A stretch of DNA of 64,000 nucleotides, from positions 28,520,001 through 28,584,000 of the forward strand of contig CATNEN010000038.1 of the NCBI GenBank assembly GCA_950097015.1, read 5' to 3'. Origin of the DNA: Macrostomum hystrix. Its lineage: Eukaryota; Animalia; Platyhelminthes. The notes beneath the pieces are model-generated. The model did not search any database. It saw only the letters and a program-made list of their open reading frames with translations, and was not told where the DNA came from. How positions within the stretch are numbered: position 1 is the stretch's first letter; the number at the start of each line of letters is the position of its first letter. Of the stretch, positions 46,801 through 58,500 are shown piece after piece. Both the position numbers and the translations under genes were made by a program.

Positions 46801-48347
46801 CTACCAAGCTATTTTGCCGCCAGTTTTTATTCAAAGGGGGGAATTTTTTGGTAGCGCCTGAATGCTAACAGCGTTGGGTGGTGACTGATTGGTTGACAGA
46901 CTAGGCGATGGTGTCCTGTGGTTGAGCCGACCTTTAATGCCGATTGGTTGAAAGCTGACCTTCAATGCCGATTGGTTGAAAGCTGACCTTCAATGCCGAT
47001 TGGTTGAAAGCTGACCTTTAATGCCGATTGGTTGAAAGCTGACCTTAAATGCCGATTGGTTGAAAGCTGACCTTAAATGCCGATTGGTTGAAAGCTGACC
47101 TTAAATGCCGATTGGTTGAAAGCTGACCTTAAATGCCGATTGGTTAAAAGCTGACCTTAAATGCCGATTGGTTGAAAGCTGACCTTTAATGGCGATTGGT
47201 TGAAAGCTGACCTTTATTGCCGATTGGTTGAAAGCTGACCTTAAACAATGATTACTAGGTAAAAAATAGTTTAAAATGTTTTATTCCACCTTTTCGAATT
47301 TCTGGCCCAGATTCTCCTCGCTGCCGCGCCCACCAGCAAGAACAAGAGCGAGAGCATCAACCTCTGCGCCGAGTTGATACCAGAAGACGCCCCCAACAGC
47401 TTAATGAATTCGCAGAAGTTCAACACAGACGTCAATCGTCATAAAGAAATTATTGCAAAAGCTGTCTCGGGATTTCTTCTGCTTCTCTTAAAACACTTGA
47501 AGCTCAGCCACGTGTATCAGTTTGAGTACATTGCTCAACACCTGGTGTTCGCTAATTGTATTCCATTGATTTTGAAGTTCTTCAATCAGAATGTTCTAAG
47601 CTACGTGCAGAGTCAGAACAGTATTGCCCAGCTGGAGTTTCCAGACTGCCTGTTCCAGTCGGACGATGCTGTCGAAAATGCGGCTTCGTCAGCCTCGACA
47701 ATCAGCTGGCGCAACATGTTTACCTGCGTCTGTCTGGCCCGGGTGTTGAACAAACTCACGAAGGCCAAGCACAGCCGCACCATGATGCTTGTTGTATTCA
47801 AATCGGCGCCAATTATTAAACGAGCTCTGCGTGTTCGACATACGCTGCTGCAGGTTTGTCGCACTGCACTACTTAATTAAGTAGAAATGTAAGAATATTG
47901 GTATCTAGATTTAATTGTTCATCGGTATTTTCCCACTGACAGCTGTACCTACTCAAGCTGCTCAAGCTGCAGACAAAATATTTGGGCCGGCAGTGGCGCA
48001 AGATCAACATGAACCTGATGTCCAGCATCTATGAAAAAGTGCGCCATCGTCTCACAGACGACTGGGCGTTCGCCAACGATCTGGACGCTCGACCCTGGGA
48101 CTTTCAGTCCGAGGAGTGTCGCCTTCGAAACGCAGTGGACAGATTCAATCAGAGACGCTATGGAGTTGGCAACGGTTGCCTACCGGAGGGCTACCAACCA
48201 TTTGACAATGATTTGAGCAGTGTGCTCAGCACTGAGGTAGCGCTAGCCCCAGATTTCTGCCGCGGCGGCTACGAGCTCTGGTTAGAGCGGGAGGTATTTT
48301 CTACGCCAATCAACTGGGATCTAGTGCTACAGAGAATTGTTTACTGA
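43839..48347 (+). CDS. STRIP1: Striatin-interacting protein (STRIP1/2, FAM40/Far11; STRIPAK subunit)
   Basis: LEFEFADSDTYSAEMAELYSYSE, FPVKKLLLLMWK, ILLAAAPTSK, RHKEIIAKAVS, KHSRTMMLVVFKSAPI and LDARPWDFQ. Exons: 43839 (or ATG 43941)-44162, 44545-44825, 45304-45952, 46449-46739, 47311-47853, 47943-48347. The start is uncertain. Confidence 0.93.
44175..44430. repeat. ~18-bp G/A-rich degenerate minisatellite in STRIP intron 1
   Basis: GGGGAGATTTGAGGGGAA-type units. Confidence 0.85.
44853..45108 (-). mobile_element. SINE family B copy in a STRIP intron
   Basis: TGTGCAGCCGACAGCACAGCCGCAGCTATTGCGCGGCGCATCTGAAG is identical to 24801-24847; tRNA head GGGAATCGAACCC. Confidence 0.88.
46000..46320. 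repeat. ~33-bp minisatellite (GGTTAGGGAACTGCGGGGACGAGTGTACATTG) in a STRIP intron
   Basis: About 9-10 units, decaying toward the 3' side. Confidence 0.95.
46793..47245 (+). repeat. Left arm of TIR family Y (46793-46925) followed by a 28-bp minisatellite (CCTTAAATGCCGATTGGTTGAAAGCTGA)
   Basis: CAGTAGGACTACCA terminus; homology to 23210-23362; about 11 tandem units. Confidence 0.92.
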
Positions 48348-49566
48348 CTGTCAGCTTGGAGAGAAAAAGACAAACTTTTGAGCGATTTAACTTGAGATTT
48401 CCGTGTTTTAGAGTGCTTGAGCTAAATCTAATTATAATTTACTAGATTTCTTATTGGTTTAAATTTTTCTAGGGTTCCAATTGGTTGAGCGACTCCTACG
48501 GCTTTTATTGGTTGACAGGATGTTCCTGGAAATCGGTAGTTTAACTAGTATTTGAGTAAATTTACCGTGGTTTTCTAGTCCTTGTTCCTGTTGTATTTCT
48601 GTTTTTGGTAAATCTTTGTCAATAGTAATACCAAACTAACACTAACACTACGTGATAACTTTCAATTTTGTCTTAGTTAAATGTCAATTTTTAGTAGAAC
48701 TATCTGCCAGCAGTATTTAACTGTGTTAGGTTCTGTGTCATTGACGTTTTCAAGCGATCTCGTCATGCTTAGTTAGCCTGGAAATATACACAATGGCTAC
48801 AGTTCAGTGGTACATTCGTCAGGTACGACATTGCTGTTTCAATAATCTTACACCACGAAGAGATATATTTATGAATCTAGTTTTTTCTAGTTCCCATTCC
48901 AATTGTTTGTTTTTTCGAATATTATCTGTTTACACGATTTTCTTCACGTGTTTCAGCACCTTTTATGTCATAATTTCGGCATTTTAAACAACAGCTACAA
49001 CTATTGTCATTTCCTAATATATATATTTATACCTTTATTCATAGAAAGTCAATATTTTCTCTTATTGTCCTTTACTAAATAAGAAATCCTTCACAACGAC
49101 TTTTTCCCTGAATCCCAAGAAAAAATATCCTTTTCAAATTCGCGCCATTTTTATCCGACTCAGTTTATTTGTTAATATGAGCTATTTAATTTCAAGCACA
49201 GGATAATCTTACACAATAGTCTTTATTTGATTGCGTTTATTTTTTACGCTTGCAATTACAAATAAACTGTCACTGTGTATTTTTGTTGTCATTTAATTGT
49301 GTGGACCACATGTTATTTTTTTAGCTAAAGCTCGTAGGAATTTCGTAGGATATTGTAAGCTACTGATAAATAGCTATTCTCTGAACAAATTTGCATTGCA
49401 TAAAGTTTTTTCACGAATTTTTTGTGTATTTCATGAACAATTTTTTGCAGCACTAAAGTCTTCACTCAGCAATAAAAACTCAAAAAACATTGTCGAGCAG
49501 CGAATCTAACAAAAAGCCTTTCCGTGAAGCGCGTCATTTTAAGTGCACTTCGCACTAGCTGAGAGG

Positions 49567-52500
49567 ATGGCTGAAAAACAGTTCACACCGCCGCACGCTA
49601 AGCTCGGGAAATATGAGCACATTGTTGGTGCTCAGAAGTACCCGGAGATAAGGCAGCGCGGCTTCTATTCAGATATTGTGCTCGAGACTGACTCGCAGGC
49701 TATGGGCGACGTCATGGACGGACCCGAACGAGATCCCAATCACATGTGGGATCTGAGGACGGCTGATCACACGCCGATGGGTAAGACAATGTTTGCTTTG
49801 AGCTGCTTTAGTTTCTCACACTCCACATTGTGTCTCAGTTTGGCAGTTGTATCAGTTGTGTCTCAGGTTGGCAGTTGTATCAGTTGAGTCTCAGGTTGGC
49901 AGTTGTATCAGTTGTGTCTCAGGATGGCAGTTGTATCAATTGTGTCTCAGGTTGGCAGTTGTATCAGTTGTGTCTCAGTTTGGCAGTTGTATCAGTTGTG
50001 TCTCAGGTTGGCAGTTGTATCAGTTGTGTCTCAGGTTGGCAGTTGTATCAGTTGTGTCTCAGGTTGGCAGTTGTATCAGTTGTGTCTCAGGATGGCAGTT
50101 GTATCAGTTGTGTCTCAGGATGGCAGTTGTATCAGTTGTGTCTCAGGTTGGTATTTGTATCAGTTGTGTCTCAGGTTGGTATTTGTATCAGTTGTGTCTC
50201 AGGTTGGCAGTTGTATCAGTTGTGTCTCTAACAGTTGTCAAATTTTTTATGCATTACATATCATTATTTGACTATACAACTGTTCTACCTACAGTGCACA
50301 CATTTGAGGCTCCGGAAAACCTCATTGAGCAGATAAATGAGCAGACAGACCACGGTCCCACCACTAAGCTGACTGAGCTTTCGGTTAGTCACGATTTCTT
50401 AAAAATAATAATAGAACACGAGACGAAAGTGACGCTTGTTGATTTGTTTTCCTTTTTTGACTTCCAGGACTTTCCCTTGAAAGCCTACGAGCCTAAAGTT
50501 CAGCTGCCGTTCTACACACCGCCCGGTCAGCGTCCGCGACGCGTCGAAGTCGAGCGCAGAAAGCGCGCCTACCAACAGATGGACATTGAGAAGATCCTGC
50601 TAGAGCGCTACAAGATCTCCACAGATCAGCTGGTGCCGAAACAGTCGGACGAGGGCAACCGGCCTGGCGAGTGGCGCAGCTACCTGGCCTTAGAGATGTT
50701 TGATAACACCGACTATGACTGCCGACTGCCAGCCGAGTGGCTTGCCATGGGCATGGACGAAGGCGTCAGAAAACCGGTGCCCGGACGTGCGCTGCTGCCA
50801 TCGCGGGATGATCAGCACGACTGTGAGCCTATTCAGCCACCCCTCACTTGAAAATTCCCAAAAATTAGGTCTATTTACGATGAAAACGATGTCGATTCTA
50901 ATAGTATAAAACGCCTCTGCAAGGACTCTAAGTCATCAAAAACTTCTTCAATGCCGCGCGTGATTGTTTAGAATTGTCGAAAACTTGTTTGAATTATTGT
51001 GCCAGTATAACTGATTTGAAACTTTCGTCTCTCAATTCAAATATTCTACAAACTTGTCGCTTACTAACAGCCACCCCATCACCACCAATTTTAACTGCCA
51101 CTCCTCACGCATTTCGTCTCTCTATTCCTTCCCTCACTGACAGCCACCCCACCCCCTCCAATTTTTGCTGCCACTCCTCCCGCATTTCGTCTCTCCATTC
51201 CTTCCCTCACTGACAGCCACCCCACCCCCTCCAATTTTTGCTGCCACTCCTCACACATTTCGTCTCTCCATTCCTTCCCTCACTGACAGCCACCCCACCC
51301 CCTCCAACTTTAACTGCCACTCTTCACACATTTCGTGTCTCCATTCCTTCCCTCACTGACAGCCACCCCACCCCCTCCAACTTTAACTGCCACTCTTCAC
51401 ACATTTCGTGTCTCCATTTCTTCCCTCACTGACAGCCACCCCACCACCTCCAATTTAACTGCCACTCTTCACACTTTTCTCCCTCTTTTTTTCCCTTACT
51501 GACAACCACTGAAATTTATGTAATTTTTTCAGTGGACATTCGCGACCCGGCCATCACATGGCGCTGGCAAATGGTGGGCGCATTGGACTACGATCCGGAC
51601 TCACAGCTTTGGCTAGTGATGAAGGTCAACAAAAAGGGTCGCCTAGTTGATTCCGAAGGCAACCCTGTTGTGAACGGTGGTTACCTAGGCAACGGTCAGT
51701 TCCTGGATTTGCCAAGCATGTACTGGATACCGCGCATTCAGCTCTACTTTCTAGCCGAAGATCCAACTATCTTTGCCATGCGAGTTGCCGAAGCCTTCGC
51801 CGATAGGCAGCGAGCCGAAGCTCACCTTCGTTATCACCTGTACCTAGACTGTATGCCCAGCGACGGTCTCGGCGAGGCCGACAAGAACTCGTTCAACCGC
51901 ATGATCGAATGGGCCAAGGGTACGCCTAGTTTGAGCAAGGCTAAGAAGTGAGTTCCACTTTACTAGTCATTTAGCTCGTATGTTTATCTCGCTTCTGAAT
52001 CTTTCATCAATTGTCTGGAGTTCGAATCCACGAATACAAATGCATTCGTTGATCAGGGCGTTCTTAACTATATACTCCCGAGTTGCAGTGAGCGTGTACT
52101 CACTAGACGTTAATTGTAACTGTACATGTGACCCTGAGATTACTCTGGGAACTATGCGATTATTCAAACAATGGATCATCAAATATCAATTTAAAATGTC
52201 TTCCATTTGTCCTAATCGAGGGACTGGCTGTTATTTACGTTGCCATTTTTAGAAACATTAGGGAAACTAAGCTACTCCTCGACCTAATCACGTGACTGGC
52301 TGTCAAATCCATTTTCAGCTGGTCAAATTTTGTGTCAAATCTATTTTTAGAAACTCATCTGGGGAACCCCTTGGAAACTCTCCGTCAATCGAATCACGTG
52401 ACTGAATGTTATTTTGGCTATTTTTAGAAACTCTACGACTAGGAATCTCCGTTATTTTTATTTACTATTGCCGCTAAGCCCCATGTACTAATTATTGTAC

Positions 52501-55500
52501 TAATAAGCATCGCAAATCGCTTTCTTAGCTACCAATTTGTGCTGAATCGTCGAAGTCAACAAATGACGGCTGATTTGCGAGAAATGTATATTTTTATAGC
52601 ATACGAAAAGTAGCCTTTGTATTAATTTTTTTATTAATTCCTATTCAGTTGATCACAAGTAACTTTACAAACCAAATGTGAACTTTCCCAATGCATCACT
52701 TACGCTCGAAGACTATAAAATATTCCTATAATTAGTACGAAAATTAAACTTAAATTTTCATTTCGCACATCTGCAGAAGCAGTTCCTAAAATAGTTTTTG
52801 GACAAGCAAAACAACTCTGATAACCCATGAAAATGATAGTTAATTCTTAAAATTATTTTAGATCGCTTCACATGACGACCTTTTTTCACAAGTTTTCTTG
52901 ATTTTTTGTCTGGAATGCGACAACACAATGGATTTTTGTGTTATTCCTGTCTCTTCTGATTCTGGTCCTGTCTGTACTCATTCTGGTCCTGTCTGTACTC
53001 ATTCTGGTCCTGTCTGTACTTATTCTGGTCCTGTCTGTACTCATTCTGGTCCTGTCTGTACTCATTCTGGTCCTGTCTATACTCATTCTGGTCCTGGCTG
53101 TACTCATTCTGGTCCTGTCTGTACTCATTCTGGTCCTGTCTGTACTTATTCTGGTCCTGTACTCATTCTGGTCCTGTCTGTACTCATTCTGGTCCTGTCT
53201 GTACTCATTCTGGTCCTGTACTCATTCTGGTCCTGTCTGTACTCATTCTGGTCCTGTCTATACTCATTCTGGTCCTGGCTGTACTCATTCTGGTCCTGTA
53301 CTCATTCTGGTCCTGTCTGTACTCATTCTGGTCCTGTCTATACTCATTCTGGTCCTGTCTGTACTCCTTCTGGTCCTGTCTGTACTCATACTGGTCCTGT
53401 CTGTACTCATTCTGGTCCTGCCTTCGTTCAGGTCCTGTCGGTTTCTCATTCTTGTCCTGTTTTTTCTGGTCTTGTCTTTGCTGTTCTGATCAATCTGGTT
53501 TAACCGACTGTGGTTTCCATCAAATAAAATTTTAGACTTGACGACAAGGTGCAAAGCTTGGACAAGGAGGTCAACTTTGACTTCTCGCGCAGCATGAACA
53601 AGATTATCTTTAACGGCACCATAGTGCATCATCAGGATCAATACTCCTACGTGACGGTGCCCCAGTCGCTGGAGGAGCCTGTACCCGAGCGCGGCTGTGT
53701 CGACGTTCCTGAGTACAACTTCGACGAGGTTTACAGTTCGTTCGCATTTCACTCCCTACTGACTAGGCCGGAGTCCATCACGGCTATCGGCTGGGTGCGG
53801 TCCGAGTGCAACGAAGTGTCTGCCAAATCCCTGTTTCAGGTGCGTCTTTGGGATCTGGGATCTAGGACCTGGGATCTAGGATCAGGGATCTAGGATCTGG
53901 GATCAAGGATCTGGGATCTAGGATCTGGGATCTAGGATCTGGGATCTAGGATCTGGGATCTAGGATCTGGGATCTAGGATCTGGGATCTAGGATCTGGGA
54001 TCTAGGATCTGGGATCTAGGATCTGGGATCTAGGATCTGGGATCTAGGATCTGGGATCTAGGATCTGGGATCTAGGTTCTGGGATCTAGGATCTGGGATC
54101 TAGGATCTGGGATCTAGGATCTGGGATCTAGGATCTGGGATCTAGGATCTGGGATCTGGGATCTAGGATCTGGGATCTAGGATCTGGGATCTAGGATCTA
54201 GGATCTGGGATCTAGGATCTGGGATCTAGGATCTGGGATCTAGGATCTGGGATCTAGGATCTGGGATCTAGGATCTGGGATCTAGGATCTGGGATCTAGG
54301 ATCTGGGATCTAGGATCTGGGATCTAGGATCTGGGATCTAGGATCTGGGATCTAGGATCTGGGATCTAGGATCTGGGATCTAGGATCTGGGATCTAGGAT
54401 CTGGGATCTAGGATCTGGGATCTAGGATCTGGGATCTAGGATCTGGGATCTAGGATCTGGGATCTGGGATCTAGTCCTCTCCGCTTGAGATGATGAGAGA
54501 TGCCACTCTCCGCTTGGCATCCAACGCAGGTGCCGCTGGCGAAGCACATGCGCCTGGAGGAGTTTGAACAGACGCAGCAGCAGGCGACGCAGCACGTGGC
54601 GCTCTACCTGCGCGACACCTTCAAAGAGAATCTTAGGCGACACATTCGAACTTCGCTTCGCGACTCCGGCAAAGGCTGGTTCGACTTGAACACTGACAAG
54701 TTCTACGTCTACCAGGGCTCCAAACTGAAGAAGTTCATGGAGATGGTGAAGTTCAGCATGCAGGACTCGCTGCGATATCTAGTGCAGGACTCGCTAACCA
54801 ACTTCGCCCAGATGATTGTTGACGCCTGCCAGGCCTGCCTGACTCTACCGGCTAATTACACCTGGCCGCACGACCTGCTTGTGTCTAGCTTGCTGTGCGT
54901 TGCTTTTTAATGCATTAAATGTTTAGAATACAACAGTAGGCTAGCCTGAACATTTTTTTCAGTAATATAAACTAATATTTCAGTCCCAAGCGAAACCCGC
55001 TGTTTCTCGTCGACCTGGTGCTAGATCTGGAGGGCTCGCACTATAGCACCAATTTGAATCAGTTTGAAGCGACACTAATTGCCCTTTTCGACAAGGCAAT
55101 TGCGTCAACGCAGACTGTGCCGCAACTAGAGAAGGTAAATGCGATTTCTAAAAATAGCATCAGTGCACGACATGCACTCGTGACTGGGTTGTTTTTTGGC
55201 TCTAAAAATAGCATCAGAGCACGACATGCACTCGTGACTAAGTTGCGGAGTTTCTAAAAATAGCATCAGTGATACGACATGCAATCTGCATTCGCTAATT
55301 TATCTGAACTTTTACATCCGCCAGTTCATTCTGGAGAATCTGAAAGATCTGCAGAACGAGACTCTTCTGCTAGAGTCTGTCTGGTCCAATGAGCCAGAAG
55401 TTGAACGCCTTCGAGTGACAATTCGTGAAGCAATCGGCAAAGCCCTGGTACCGATGAAGGTCTACGCTCGTCTGTACGATCGCTTCTTGGCGTTGAACAA

Positions 55501-58500
55501 TCTGGAGATCACGCATTACATTGCGTAAGAGTCATTACTAGCTAATTTCAGTAAAATAGTTAAAAACACTTTTGTCGAATTTTTTCTTTTTAACTCAACT
55601 CGATTCCCTAACAAAGCGAGTACGAGGCCAAGTCGCCCACTGCGATCCAGATGAAGGAGGAGGTGGAGAAGCATCTAGCTGAGAAGGAAGTGATGGAGCG
55701 AATCATTCCGTCCAGCATCATTATCGGACCGTTCTTTGTTGCCACTGAGAATGTTCGTCAGAATCTTTCAAAGAAGTGCAAGGCGATGGCCAATGCTGTG
55801 CTGGAGCTACTAGCTAGAAAGCTGCGAAAGCAGGCTGATGACGTAAGTTACATTTTCGTTTAGTTTGTTGATCCCATGACAGAGAAGTTTTAAGACAATC
55901 ATTGCTTTTTTCTAGGCCTGCGAAGAGTTCAAAGCGATCTCCCGGCGCCTTTACGAGACGCCCAACACCATTGAGGACCTGTCTGAGACGCGCGAATGGA
56001 TGAAGACCATTCCGGACAAGTTGGACGAGCACCAGGAGAAAATCGACCTGGCCATGGCTGACTACGACCTAATCGAAGAATTCTACTACAACCTGAGCCA
56101 GGAGGACTTTAACGCTCGCTACACAGCGATGTCCTGGCCTAACAAGATCATCAAGCAGATGGAACAAGTCGAGAAGACGATGGAAGAGTCTGAGGAGCGA
56201 TTCCGAAAGCTGCAAGTTGGCGACACGTCAACTTTCAACGATCGCCTGGACTCGCTAACAATGAGCGTCGCTTCTCTCAGCACGTACACCGATATTAGCA
56301 AGGCGCACGAGGTCGCCAACGAAGTTCGTCGCATTGCCAAGCAGTTGAAGGACGCCGGTCAAGATGCTCAGAAGTTCAACAATCGGGAGCGCCTGTTTGG
56401 CATGCCGGTGACAGACTACTCGAAGTTGGCCCGGCTAAACAAAGACTTTGAGCCGTATCGCTCGATGTGGATCTCGGTGTCGGAGTGGATCCGAATGCGC
56501 GAGTCGGTGATGGCCGATCCCTTGCACACCATCGACGCTGAGAACGTTTCTAATCAGGTTAACGAAGCTGGCCGCATCATGCACAAGTCTGTGCGCATTT
56601 TCCAGGAGTTTCCCGGCGTTCAAGAGGTCGCCGCGAAGATCAAGTCCGAGGTGGAAGACTTCAAGCCCTACATTCCGCTGATCCAGGGTCTGCGCAATCC
56701 GGGCATGCGGTCGCGTCATTGGGAGCAGCTGTCCGCTGAGTTAAAGATGACGCTGGTCGCCAAAAAGGAGCTGACTTTCGCGCGCTGCCTAGAGATGCGG
56801 CTGCAGGACCACATCGAAGTGATTGCCAAAGTCGCTGAAGTGGCAGGCAAAGAGTACAGTATCGAGCTTGCTCTGCGCAAGATGCAATCGGACTGGGAGT
56901 CAGTCTGCTTCGAAGTCATGTCCTACAAGGACACTGGAACTTTCATTGTGAAGATCGGCGAGGAGGTGAACCAACAGTTGGACGATCACATTGTGATGAC
57001 GCAGCAGATAAGCTTCTCACAGTTTAAGAAACCGTTTGAGAACGAGATTAACAAGTGGGAGAGCAAGTTGCGAACCTCGCAGGATGTGCTGGAAGAGTGG
57101 GTGAACTGCCAGAGGCAGTGGCTCTACCTTGAGCCGATCTTCAGCTCGGACGACATCAACCGGCAGCTGCCGCTCGAGGGCAAGCGGTACTCCACAATGG
57201 AACGAATGTGGCGCAAGATCATGAAGAACGCCAAGGAGAATCCCAAGGTCATCGAGATCTGTCCGGACAATCGCCTGCTGGACAATTTAAAGGAATGCAA
57301 CAAACTGCTGGATCAGGTGCAGAAGGGCTTGTCAGAGTACCTAGAGACCAAGCGCAAGGCCTTCCCACGATTCTACTTCCTGTCCGATGACGAGCTGCTG
57401 GAGATCCTGTCACAGACCAAGGATCCCACCGCTGTGCAGCCGCATCTGCGCAAGTGCTTCGAGAACATCGCCAAGTTGCGCTTCGAAGAGGACCTGGAGA
57501 TTACGGCCATGTACTCCGGCGAAGGTGAAATGGTAGAATTCACCGATACCACTTATCCTACTGGCAATGTTGAGGACTGGATGCTGGAGATTGAGAACAT
57601 CATGAAGGAGTCCATGCGAAGGATTATTGAAAAATCGCTCATCGACTATAAGAAGTCGCCGCGCACCGAATGGGTGCTGAAGTGGCCCGGCCAGATTGTC
57701 ATTGCGGGCTGCCAGACGTACTGGACATCGGAGGTCACGGCCGCACTCGAGCGCAACGATCTGAAGGGTTTGTACCCCTTCCTGCTGGAGCAGTTGGACG
57801 GCCTCAGAGGCCTGGTTCGAGGTGACATCAGCCGGATCGGCCGCATGACACTGTCGGCCCTGATTGTGATCGAGGTACACGCGCGAGACGTTGTTAACAA
57901 CATGCTAGAAGAGCGAGTGTCAAACGCCAACGATTTCGAGTGGATCAGCCAGCTGCGCTACTACTGGATCGAGGAGGAGCAGGACAACGGCAAGACGGTG
58001 GGCCACATGAAGCTGCGAGCCGTCAACGCTCAGTTTCAGTACGGCTACGAGTATCTGGGCAACTCGTCCAGGCTTGTCATCACGCCACTGACTGATCGCT
58101 GCTACCTCACACTCACCGGTGCTCTGCATCTCAAGTTCGGCGGAGCTCCTGCTGGACCGGCCGGAACCGGTTAGTTCCAGTTTATTATTGCTTTTTACTC
58201 TCACTCAAAACGTCATGAGGAGCCTTTCCGACCCCTGTTGTCGAAATCTTAAAAGTAGCACAGCCATCCAATCGTTAAACTGTTCTTCTCATGATCAGGT
58301 AAAACTGAGACCACCAAAGATCTGGCTAAAGCCATGGCCATCCAGTGCGTAGTGTTCAACTGCTCAGATCAGCTGGACTTCATGGCCATGGGCAAATTCT
58401 TCAAGGGCCTCGCGTCCTCTGGCGCCTGGGCCTGCTTTGACGAGTTCAACCGCATCGACATCGAGGTGCTGTCTGTCGTGGCTCAGCAGATTGCCGAAAT

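Noticed and set aside
56119-58204. Antisense ORFs over dynein, Mx, STRIP and lectin exons
   Set aside because: Shadow ORFs of GC3-rich coding sequence.
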